The notes beneath the pieces are model-generated. The model had not been told where the DNA came from. It made no database searches and saw only the letters and a program-made list of their open reading frames with translations. The position numbers and the translations under genes are program-made. From Microgenomates group bacterium GW2011_GWF2_46_18 (GTDB taxonomy: Bacteria; Patescibacteriota; Microgenomatia; UBA1400; UBA12108), in NCBI GenBank assembly GCA_001002415.1, contig LCMB01000005.1, positions 13,621-77,620 on the forward strand: 64,000 nucleotides of DNA, written 5' to 3'. This document shows, piece by piece, positions 35,027-43,800 of this stretch (position 1 is its first letter; each line of letters opens with the position of its first letter).

Positions 35027-35407
35027 ATGTCTAAACTAACTCCTCTCCTCATTCCTATTTCCTATTTCCTATTTCCTCTTGCCGCCAAGGCTGCAATCAC
35101 CAATCCCGCTGTTCCCGGTGGTGACAGCCCCACTAGCGCCCCCACCCAATTTGCCACTACTATGGGCGTTCTCTGGCAAACCCTGATTATTGTTGGTGGG
35201 CTCGCCTTCCTGCTTTACTTCCTCATGGGCGGACTCAAGTGGATCATGGCTGGAGGTGACAAAGGCAAGCTCGAAGAAGCCAAGGGTGCTATTACCAATG
35301 GCCTAATCGGCCTCGCTGTCTTGGCCGCCAGCTACGTCATTATCAAATTCCTTCAAGCCGCTCTCGGCCTTGATTTACTCAATATTCTCTGGCCCACCGC
35401 CGGATAA
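35027..35407 (+). CDS. T4SS-type pilin paralog P4
   Basis: Signal MSKLTPLLIPISYFLFPLAAKA. Core: FLLYFLMGGLKWIMAGGDKGKLEEAKGAITNGLIGLAVLAASYVIIKFL. Confidence 0.8.
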   Translation: MSKLTPLLIPISYFLFPLAAKAAITNPAVPGGDSPTSAPTQFATTMGVLWQTLIIVGGLAFLLYFLMGGLKWIMAGGDKGKLEEAKGAITNGLIGLAVLAASYVIIKFLQAALGLDLLNILWPTAG

Positions 35408-35412
35408 ATCCT

Positions 35413-35745
35413 ATGTCATTAACCCTTATCCAAACTGTTCAAGCCGCCGAAAGTTTCCGCATCAACATCGATGACCAAGTCAAGTCCCGCGTCGCCATTA
35501 ACGACACTTTGGGAGTCTTTGTCCAAAAATCTTTCTCCGCCGTTATTCTGGTCGCTGGCTTGGCCACCTTTATGTATCTCGTTTTGGGTGGGGTGCAATG
35601 GATCATGGCTGGCGGTGACAAAGGCAAACTCGAAGAAGCCAGAAATCGTATCACCAATGGTTTAATTGGTCTTGCCATCGTGGCCTCGGCTTGGGCCATT
35701 TACCAGCTCGTTGATTACTTCTTCGGTATTGGCATAACAAATTAA
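35413..35745 (+). CDS. T4SS-type pilin paralog P5
   Basis: Core: FMYLVLGGVQWIMAGGDKGKLEEARNRITNGLIGLAIVASAWAIYQLV. Confidence 0.8.
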   Translation: MSLTLIQTVQAAESFRINIDDQVKSRVAINDTLGVFVQKSFSAVILVAGLATFMYLVLGGVQWIMAGGDKGKLEEARNRITNGLIGLAIVASAWAIYQLVDYFFGIGITN

Positions 35746-35754
35746 TTAAATAAT

Positions 35755-35790
35755 TGATATACTTAAACCAAGTACTATCAACTAAGTACT
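35755..35790 (+). promoter_or_regulatory. internal promoter (TGaTATACT) plus paired AAGTACT repeats ahead of pilin P6
   Basis: TGATATACT at 35755-35763. AAGTACT at 35770-35776 and 35784-35790 (14-nt period). AGGAGG lies 7 nt before ATG 35809. This is the only sizeable gap in the array. Confidence 0.45.
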
Positions 35791-35808
35791 GTAACAGGAG
35801 GAAAACCT

Positions 35809-36162
35809 ATGTTCGATCTCATTACCAAAGTTAGCGCCGCCGCTCCCGGAGCCCCCGAGCTCTCCATTGGCAAACCCGAAGGTGTCGCTATTACCAATAT
35901 CGGAACTCTCATTAAAGGTGCTACCCAAGGTGCCCTCCTCATCTCCGCCCTCCTCGTTTTTGCTTTCCTCATTATGGGTGGCATTCAGTGGATTGCTAGT
36001 GGTGGAGACAAAGGCAAAACTCAAGAAGCTCGTGACCGCATTACCGCCGCTTTGGTCGGTCTAGCTGTCGTTGCTTCCGCTTGGGCGATCATGTTGATCA
36101 TCCAGTACTTCTTTGGAATCAGCATCTTGAACGAAAACATCACTCCTCCCAAAGCCTACTAA
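35809..36162 (+). CDS. T4SS-type pilin paralog P6
   Basis: Core: LVFAFLIMGGIQWIASGGDKGKTQEARDRITAALVGLAVVASAWAIMLII. The only pilin with a strong SD sequence. Confidence 0.8.
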   Translation: MFDLITKVSAAAPGAPELSIGKPEGVAITNIGTLIKGATQGALLISALLVFAFLIMGGIQWIASGGDKGKTQEARDRITAALVGLAVVASAWAIMLIIQYFFGISILNENITPPKAY

Positions 36163-36207
36163 GCCGGTTCGATCCATAGGGTTCGTTTTGAATGCTATAA
36201 TTTCCCT

Positions 36208-36489
36208 ATGAACGAAACTGCCGCCGAGCTCTCCTCTCTCCCCGACTACTTTGGCAATATCCTAACCGCCATTATTCCCTTGATTGGTCTCGTGGCTTTC
36301 ATTATGATCTTGTCCGGCGGTTTCAAAATCCTCACCAGTGCCGGTGATCCCAAGGGGATCCAATCCGGCAGTAAAACCATTACCATGGCCGTGGCCGGTA
36401 TCGCGCTTGCTATCCTTTCTTGGTTAATCTTGGTCCTCATCAAAAACTTAACCGGGGTCAACGTCACCGAATTCAAATTTGGCTTCTAA
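36208..36489 (+). CDS. T4SS-type pilin paralog P7
   Basis: Core: LVAFIMILSGGFKILTSAGDPKGIQSGSKTITMAVAGIALAILSWLILVLI. TGcTATAAT at 36193-36201 ends 6 nt before the ATG. Confidence 0.75.
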   Translation: MNETAAELSSLPDYFGNILTAIIPLIGLVAFIMILSGGFKILTSAGDPKGIQSGSKTITMAVAGIALAILSWLILVLIKNLTGVNVTEFKFGF

Positions 36490-36491
36490 CT

Positions 36492-38828
36492 ATGAAGCTC
36501 TTGCGTGCTCTTTTCCTTCTATTGCCCCTCTTTGCTCTTGTCCTATCTACTCCCCCAACCCTCCTCGCTCTCGAACCCACCCTCCCCTTTTCGATAGAAG
36601 GTAATCCCAGCGACGACTATCAACTTCAATCATTTTTCCCCCTCCTCCGTTTTATCAAACCCTCCAAACTGATTGTTTTCGAAAATCAAGATGCCGATCG
36701 CTCCTACAAAAGTAAGTGCGGCGAAACCCGCCAACCTACTTGTACTCAAACCAATCCTACCTGTACCCTTACCACCAATTTCTGCGAAGGCGGGTCCTCT
36801 ACTACCCAGGGGGAGTGTCTTGGACTCGATCCCCAAGATCCCGCTTCCGTTGGCACCTGCTCCTATCCCCAAAAAAATCCCGTCATCTCTGTCGACCCTA
36901 AAGGTACCGACTTCTCCCGCGACTCTTCTGTCCTTACCGACACTCCCACAGCTGACACCCTCCTCACCTACCCCAAATATCAAAACGAGGCCTTGCGCTA
37001 TCAAAATCCGGGTACTAATAACCTTTTAACTCACGGTTCTCACAATCTCACTCTTACTCGCTGTGACCGCGCCGCCCGCCAACTGATGGTAGCCTACCAA
37101 GCCGCCGAAACCAAAGCTACGGTTCAAAAAGGTGACTGGCCGTTGGGTTGGGTCGATTGGGGCTACACTACTCGCGTCAAAGGTAAAACCCTCCTTGAAG
37201 TCTGGAATACTGTTAACGGAGCTGGTATGGGTGGCATCGCCCAAGGCCTCGTGGCCGCTCAAGACGCCTTTTTCTTTTCTCTTGGCACCGACCAAACTGT
37301 TACATTACCAGATACCGGAGCCCTCAAAGCCCAACTCTGCAGCCGGCTTAACGTCGAATCAAACTCCGACTGGGCCACCGAGCTTGAAGCCCTTCCTCTT
37401 TATCCCCCCTCTTTCCGCCAGGGATATGCCCGCACCTCCATCTGTGTTTATTCTATCTGCCTCCCCAGTGAAAACAGTAATGATGGTCAGGGTCTCTACG
37501 CCGATACTAGTATTCATGCCGCTTACGCCGCCGCCATCTATGATCTTTTGCAAAACTTCCCGCTCAATAGTGCTCTCGACCACCTCAATACTCTTGCCAA
37601 AGATAACCCGCTCATACGTTTTAGTTTAAATAGCAAAGTTGCCGCCACCCCTCCCCAAATTGCCAAAGTTTTGACCCCCCAATCCAAACTCAAAAACTTC
37701 TCTCTTAGTACCCTGGGTCATGTTTACGATTATCAAGACCTCATGGCTGAATATGGCTATACTCTCCAGCCCGAGCTGAGTCAGGAAGAGGGCGGAGCCA
37801 TGAATGCCAGTTTAACCTCTCAAATTATTAACTTTGCTTATGGGATTGTTGACGCCGCCGCCCCGGTCACCAATCACATATTAACTATTCCCGAACCTCT
37901 TGGCCAAGCCATCTTTCAATTGCAGCAGCCGGTTTATCAATCCCGTGACCCCGCTTATGCTATCGCAGATAACTACGAAGAAACTCTCTCCAATGTGGTG
38001 GATGGGGGAAGCACTCTCCTCTACGCTAGCAAGGGTTTAGGAGCGGGTGATGCCCGCCGCCGCCTCGCCCACTTCACCTGCCAAGAACCCGAGTATTCTT
38101 CTCCCCAAGAAATCGAGAGTATCAAAGCCTACGCCCTCGGCACCCGTGCCGGCTGTTTCGCCGACGAAACCCCTATTAATGGTCAATGTGATCCCACTCT
38201 GTTTGCCCAGATTCTTCAAGCTGGTGGTTATTCTGTCCCTTCCGCTCCGCTTGCCAAAGCTGAATCTGTCTACGCCATGTATGAATCCAAGCTTACCCCC
38301 GAACTTATGGAAGTTTACGGCGTCGCTTCCGCCGAAACCGGCGTTCCTTGTGAAGTTTTGGCTGGTATTCACTACGTTGAAGCTCTCCTCGATCCCCAGA
38401 AATCCCTTGTATCCGGTCGACCCCTTGGTACTGCCGAACCTGACGCTGGCGGCCAGGTTTTTAAAACCCTCGAAGAAACCGCTATTTGGGCCGGCAACCA
38501 TCTTACCGGCAAGGTTGGCGGCAAAATTGGGAACGTTGAACAATTAATTACCGCCCTCTCTCGCTACAATGGCGGTGGGAACAGCAACTGCCAACCCGGC
38601 TATCCCTATCCAATCCCCTATTCCGGTGGTTGTCCTCCCCTCTTTGAGGGCGAAGATGATATTTACCCCATGAGTTGGCTCGACGACAAACACAGTAGTA
38701 TGTACTTGCTCTATTGTGATGATCATTTAGCTTGCGCTCCCACTCCCTACGATAGTCCCGGGGCCTTTACTTTTGCTCTCTCTGTTTATAATCATCTTAC
38801 CAATTCTCAATCTGGAGCCACCCCATGA
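36492..38828 (+). CDS. secreted 778-aa protein of the T4SS locus; C-terminal region possibly lysozyme/transglycosylase-like
   Basis: Start at MKLLRALFLLLPLFALVLS (signal). Cys-rich N-terminal part. C-terminal segment VLAGIHYVEALLDP...ALSRYNGGGN is faintly SLT-like; this is a weak call. The track ORF 36420.. is an upstream extension. Confidence 0.6.
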   Translation: MKLLRALFLLLPLFALVLSTPPTLLALEPTLPFSIEGNPSDDYQLQSFFPLLRFIKPSKLIVFENQDADRSYKSKCGETRQPTCTQTNPTCTLTTNFCEGGSSTTQGECLGLDPQDPASVGTCSYPQKNPVISVDPKGTDFSRDSSVLTDTPTADTLLTYPKYQNEALRYQNPGTNNLLTHGSHNLTLTRCDRAARQLMVAYQAAETKATVQKGDWPLGWVDWGYTTRVKGKTLLEVWNTVNGAGMGGIAQGLVAAQDAFFFSLGTDQTVTLPDTGALKAQLCSRLNVESNSDWATELEALPLYPPSFRQGYARTSICVYSICLPSENSNDGQGLYADTSIHAAYAAAIYDLLQNFPLNSALDHLNTLAKDNPLIRFSLNSKVAATPPQIAKVLTPQSKLKNFSLSTLGHVYDYQDLMAEYGYTLQPELSQEEGGAMNASLTSQIINFAYGIVDAAAPVTNHILTIPEPLGQAIFQLQQPVYQSRDPAYAIADNYEETLSNVVDGGSTLLYASKGLGAGDARRRLAHFTCQEPEYSSPQEIESIKAYALGTRAGCFADETPINGQCDPTLFAQILQAGGYSVPSAPLAKAESVYAMYESKLTPELMEVYGVASAETGVPCEVLAGIHYVEALLDPQKSLVSGRPLGTAEPDAGGQVFKTLEETAIWAGNHLTGKVGGKIGNVEQLITALSRYNGGGNSNCQPGYPYPIPYSGGCPPLFEGEDDIYPMSWLDDKHSSMYLLYCDDHLACAPTPYDSPGAFTFALSVYNHLTNSQSGATP

Positions 38829-39346
38829 ATCTCTCACTTCTACAAAACAAACACATTCGATTAGCCCTTGGTATCAGTGTTGGTTTTCTTATTCTTATTC
38901 TTTTACTCTCTCCCCACGCCTCCAATCCTCAAATTGTTCCCCCCCCTCTGCCATCTCCCTTCCGTCCCGAACTTCAATCCCTTTCCTCCACCCAGCGTTC
39001 AACTGTCGCCGCCTACCGCGCCACCATTACCGATAAATTACCAATTTATCAGGACAATATCTCAACCAGTGTCAAACTCAAAACTACGCTTAATCTCTAT
39101 ATTCTCCCCTCAGACCCAGCCGAAACTGTTCGCTTTGAGATATATGGAGTTTCCTACCTCAATCGTGACAGTACCGAGTTTACCAATCCCAATCTTACTG
39201 CCTTCAAAGAAACTTTTCAGAAAGGTCTCGCCCTCCTTCGTGAGCAGGGTATTGATCCTACCCAACTGATCTTTATCTACGGTGACAAAGCTTACGTGCG
39301 AGAAACTGCCGAATTTTGGATCAAAAACTATCAACTCCTTCCCTAA
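38825..39346 (+). CDS. TM-anchored hypothetical protein of the T4SS locus
   Basis: 173 aa. TM is LALGISVGFLILILLL. 4-nt overlap with the upstream gene. Confidence 0.55.
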   Translation: MNLSLLQNKHIRLALGISVGFLILILLLSPHASNPQIVPPPLPSPFRPELQSLSSTQRSTVAAYRATITDKLPIYQDNISTSVKLKTTLNLYILPSDPAETVRFEIYGVSYLNRDSTEFTNPNLTAFKETFQKGLALLREQGIDPTQLIFIYGDKAYVRETAEFWIKNYQLLP

Positions 39347-39370
39347 CTATATGCTAAAATTCCTTTGCTT

Positions 39371-40897
39371 ATGAAAAAGTTGTTTGCTCTGATCTTACTG
39401 GCATCTAGCATCTGGTATCTAGCATCTTACCCTCCCGTCGTTCATGCCCAAGAAACCCCCGCTTCCGGTCAAGCTGGTTTTATCGAATACTTAAGTGGCG
39501 CCATCGCCATTCAAATTACCGGTGCCAAAACTGATGCTGGGACCAGTAATCAATTCCAGGAAATCTCCTCTTCCTCCCCCATGAGTTTGGCTCCCTACCT
39601 AGCCGGCCGTCTCGGCGCTGACGGCCAAAAAACTGGTTTTCTCCCCCTGGGTGGGAAAGTAATCGCCAATCTCTTCGAACTCCCCTCCAGCCGCGAATAT
39701 ATGGCCGACATTCTCGACAATATGGGTCTCCCGACCGTCAACCGTGCCTACGCCCAAGGTACTGGCTACACCGCCATGTCTCCCTTCCTCCCCTTCTGGA
39801 AAGTTTTTCGTAATCTAGCTTATTCGCTTTACATCATCATGTTTGTCGTAGTCGGCATCATGATCATGCTCAGAACCAAAGTTAATGCCCAAACCATCAT
39901 CACTATCCAATCCGCGCTCCCCAATCTCCTAATTACTCTCATCCTGATTACCTTTAGCTACGCCATTGTTGGTTTTATGATCGACCTCATGTATTTCATC
40001 ATCTATTTCTTGGTCTACTTGATGGGCACCGTCGGGATCATCGGCACGCCCCTAAAGGCCATTGACCGCCTTATGTCCTACTCTGCCTGGGGAGTTATTT
40101 TCGAAGGGAGAAATAGTATTATTTCCGCTGTTTCCCTGGCTATTGGCGATGTTTTATCAGGCCTCGGTACTGGCGGATTCGAAGTTCTCGGAACTCTCAT
40201 TTCTTGGATTACCCCCATGTACTTGGTGGTTGCCCTCACCTTTGCCATAGCCATGGTTAAACTTCTGGTTGTCCTCCTCAAATCCTATGTCATGATCATC
40301 GTCCAGCTCGTCACTTCCCCTCTCCAACTGTTACTAAACGCTCTCCCCGGAAGCAAAGCCTTCTCCGGCTGGCTCAAGAAAACCGCCAGTTACTTGATCC
40401 CCTTCCCGGTTGCCGCCGCCATGTTTATCTTTTCCGCCATTTTAGTTGGCGATCCCACCCAAGCCACTATTTTCAAAGACGTCTTCAACAATGGTAGTGC
40501 CAACCCCTTTGGTATCAACCAATCTCACGAGTTTTACTCAACCAGTGGTGAAAAACTTTGGATGCCGCCTTTTACTTTAACCGGCAGTGTTGATATGAAC
40601 ACTCAGGACATCATGGTCCTATTGGGCTTCATCGTCTTCCTCATGACCCCTGCTGCCGTCAAGATGGCCCAAGACTGGCTCCAGGTCAAAGAGTCTCCCT
40701 ACACCTCCGAAGCATTTGGTACCCTAGGAGTTGGTGTTCAAGTTGGTAGTTGGCCTCTCAAAACCGCCATCGGCTCATACGAACGCCAAGCTCAATATCG
40801 TCAACAAGCCAAGATTTTTGGTAATGCTCAATATAATCAACCCGGGACAACACCATCTGCACAACCTATAGGGAGTAAAGAACCAAAAACAAACTAA
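39371..40897 (+). CDS. polytopic inner-membrane protein, VirB6/TrbL-like candidate
   Basis: Signal MKKLFALILLASSIWYLASYPPVVHA, then at least 6 long hydrophobic helices and a hydrophilic Q-rich tail. Size, topology and position match VirB6/TrbL/PrgH-type channel subunits. Confidence 0.6.
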   Translation: MKKLFALILLASSIWYLASYPPVVHAQETPASGQAGFIEYLSGAIAIQITGAKTDAGTSNQFQEISSSSPMSLAPYLAGRLGADGQKTGFLPLGGKVIANLFELPSSREYMADILDNMGLPTVNRAYAQGTGYTAMSPFLPFWKVFRNLAYSLYIIMFVVVGIMIMLRTKVNAQTIITIQSALPNLLITLILITFSYAIVGFMIDLMYFIIYFLVYLMGTVGIIGTPLKAIDRLMSYSAWGVIFEGRNSIISAVSLAIGDVLSGLGTGGFEVLGTLISWITPMYLVVALTFAIAMVKLLVVLLKSYVMIIVQLVTSPLQLLLNALPGSKAFSGWLKKTASYLIPFPVAAAMFIFSAILVGDPTQATIFKDVFNNGSANPFGINQSHEFYSTSGEKLWMPPFTLTGSVDMNTQDIMVLLGFIVFLMTPAAVKMAQDWLQVKESPYTSEAFGTLGVGVQVGSWPLKTAIGSYERQAQYRQQAKIFGNAQYNQPGTTPSAQPIGSKEPKTN

Positions 40898-43800
40898 GAA
40901 AATATTTGTTTAAATATCGCACTAATCACCTTTTTTCCTTCTTCCCATCCTACCTCTAGTAATATCCACGGGTCATCCAAATATACCCATCTCTTCAACC
41001 ACCTATAAGCCAATGCTGCATTCCTATTCTTCTTAAAAATACCCCCGTATTTACTATTTAAAAATTCTTCTGCTGAGTCTCGATCTAAAGTTCCTGTTCC
41101 AACCATGGAATATACCGCATATTCTATGTCCCTTTCTCTTCTAGATCTCCTCATTCTGGACTTCCCCAATAAACTATCCCCACGCAACTTAATGGTATCT
41201 TTCTTCCCAACCCAATATCCATTTTCATCCGTCATTATTTCCTTGTTGGGCAACATCTCTCCATCCATATTCCCATCCACCATTTTCCCATTAGGTCCCA
41301 TCTTTTCTTTCATTTTTGGCACTTCTACCGACCATTTCCTATCGTCCCAGCTATACATCACTTCCATTTCCTTAATCATGAATCGCCTAAGTCCGCTTGT
41401 ATCGTAGGGCAAATATCCCTCCATTGTCCCAAAAATCTTTGCGATAGCTTCTGTGGCTCCTCCACCAAAACCAGATTTAAAGATATCTACCACTTGACCA
41501 CTCTTCAAAAAGTACCCGCCGTAATCCATTAAATCAGTTCCTCTAAGTTTTTCCGTCGCCGACAATCTTCCAAAAGAAAAGTGCTCAATAAAAGCTTCAA
41601 ACGTATCTCCTATACTTTCAACCCCCAGCTCTTTCGCATACTCCGCATTTACACTTTTCCAATCTACTTGGTCAATCATTGCTCGCTCGCTCGCAGTAAA
41701 TAAATTACTTGACCATTTCCTATGTAGTATCTTAATCTGTTCTTTGTACTGTGGATTATTAATATCCACTTCATTCCCCAACAGTTTCTGTCTTCGAACA
41801 TATTCCGCTTCAGCCTCGCCAAGCGATAAACTGGTTTTCGATAGCAATCGCACGTCCTCAATTGGCAAGTAATTTGTCCTAAACTCTTCTCCTCTCAAAG
41901 TTCTCCGCCTTTTAATATGATCATTAATCAGCTGTGCAACTGCCTCCCCGTCTCCCCCCTTATTCTCAAACAATGTCTTCATCCCAGACCCAACCATATC
42001 TTTATAGTTCTCAATCTCATAAATCATGTTATCCATGCTTAACGCCTCAAACATCCAAGTCGGTATAAACCCATACTCTTCTGCATATCTCCTAATTTTC
42101 CAGGTTGTTAGCAAGGCTTTATTCAAACCTACTGCGCCAGAAATTGAAACATCATCTAACACATTTGCACATCTACCATCCAACCTCCAGATATCATGGG
42201 CAATCCCCGCCATATACCTTCCATTCATAACTAAACTTTCCAAGCTCATTTCATCTCCATCAACAATTAATCTGTCGTCCAAGCCAGCTACTCTTTTCCC
42301 AGTTACTATATTAATTACATCCTTCCCTCTAATCTGGCAGGTCTCACTTTCACTCCCATACAGTAAGGTCACCAACATATCGTCATAAACTTTTTCTTCA
42401 TCAAAATGATTAGTGCTTCCCTTCTTATCTCCATAAATTAATCGATGTGACCAAACAGATGATTGAAGTAGATCATCATACTTAATTACCCCCAATTCAT
42501 TTAGTTGAGTACCATCCTCCCTGGCTACTCTGACATTCAGCTTGTTTGCCCATTTATTTTTAAATACTTGTAATGGCTCAACTCCCCAGGAATTAAGGAT
42601 TTTTGCATATCCCTCTCTGTCTAATTGATAATAGGCTTCATGAAATATTGCGGTTTTTTCAAAAGCTTTATAAATATCCAGTAAATCACTTCTTCCCACA
42701 TCAGCCAACTGAGTTCTCGCCTCACGCATTAAAATTTGTAACTGGAAATCTTGTTGTCCTTCTCTTAACCCCACTTTATATAAATATGACATTAGATATT
42801 TTAAATATCCCTCATAATCACCGCGCCCTAGTTTTTCTTCCAAAATCGTATAGTGTTCATTCCCAAACATTTCTACAGCGCCAGCGTACAAATACCTATA
42901 ATCGTTCTCTGTTAGATCAGGATAGATGTGCTTCAATTCATTTATAAATTCTTCGCCAAATTGTTCCCGATGTGCCTCGCCAACTATTTTACGCTTACTA
43001 AAATCTCGTTTTTTCTCACTGAATATCCTACTTACCCTTCCCATATCCACGTCCTTCTTCTCTAATTCTTCTATTGGGTTGGGTCCTCTCGAAGCGAGCT
43101 TTCGTCGGCGACGATGTCCTGTCAATGTTCCCTCTGGACTCAAAAAATCGTCTTCCACAAATTCATAGCCATCCCCATCTTGTTCAACTCTCACTTCTCT
43201 CGACCTTTCTTCTCTTACTCCGCGAATACTATTTAGCCCCATTTGTACTTCATTCTCAATCAGTCCCACTACTTCATCCGGAGTCAAATCTTTCCTCTTA
43301 CTAGTCCACACCCTAATAACCCCTAACGTTGCTTGTCCACGCAATTGTAATTCGAGCAAGTCTTTTTGTGTTCCTTCGGCAACTTGTTTTATGGCTCTTT
43401 GAACAATTTTTTCAGTTAGTTCATCTGCATAAATAAGTCCCGCCCTAATAGTAAACTCATCGGCAGCCTCTATTCCGCTTATCCCATGCCCAAACCGCAA
43501 TCTTTGCCGATTCATATTTTTTGCTTCTAACAATCCTTTTGCTAAATGAACCTCATTTGATTGTTCCAATTGATCACCGGTAAAATCTCGTTTCAACTCC
43601 TCAATAAATTTATCAGCAGAGTCTTGGTGTTCTTCTGTTCCCCTTGTTACTTTCAATACCCTTTTATCATCTTCTCTCTTTTGCTTAAAATCTTCCTTTT
43701 CTAATAATGTTGCTTTTGCCTTTTCTTTTTCCTTTCTACTCTTGGTCTTGGCAATCCCCTCAATTTCCTCTCGTTGCTTGCTAATTTGAATTCTATCTCT

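Noticed and set aside
36420-36491. Upstream extension of the 778-aa secreted protein ORF, overlapping pilin P7
   Set aside because: The extension (MVNLGPHQKLNRGQRHRIQIWLLT) overlaps the P7 coding end. A classic signal peptide begins at ATG 36492.
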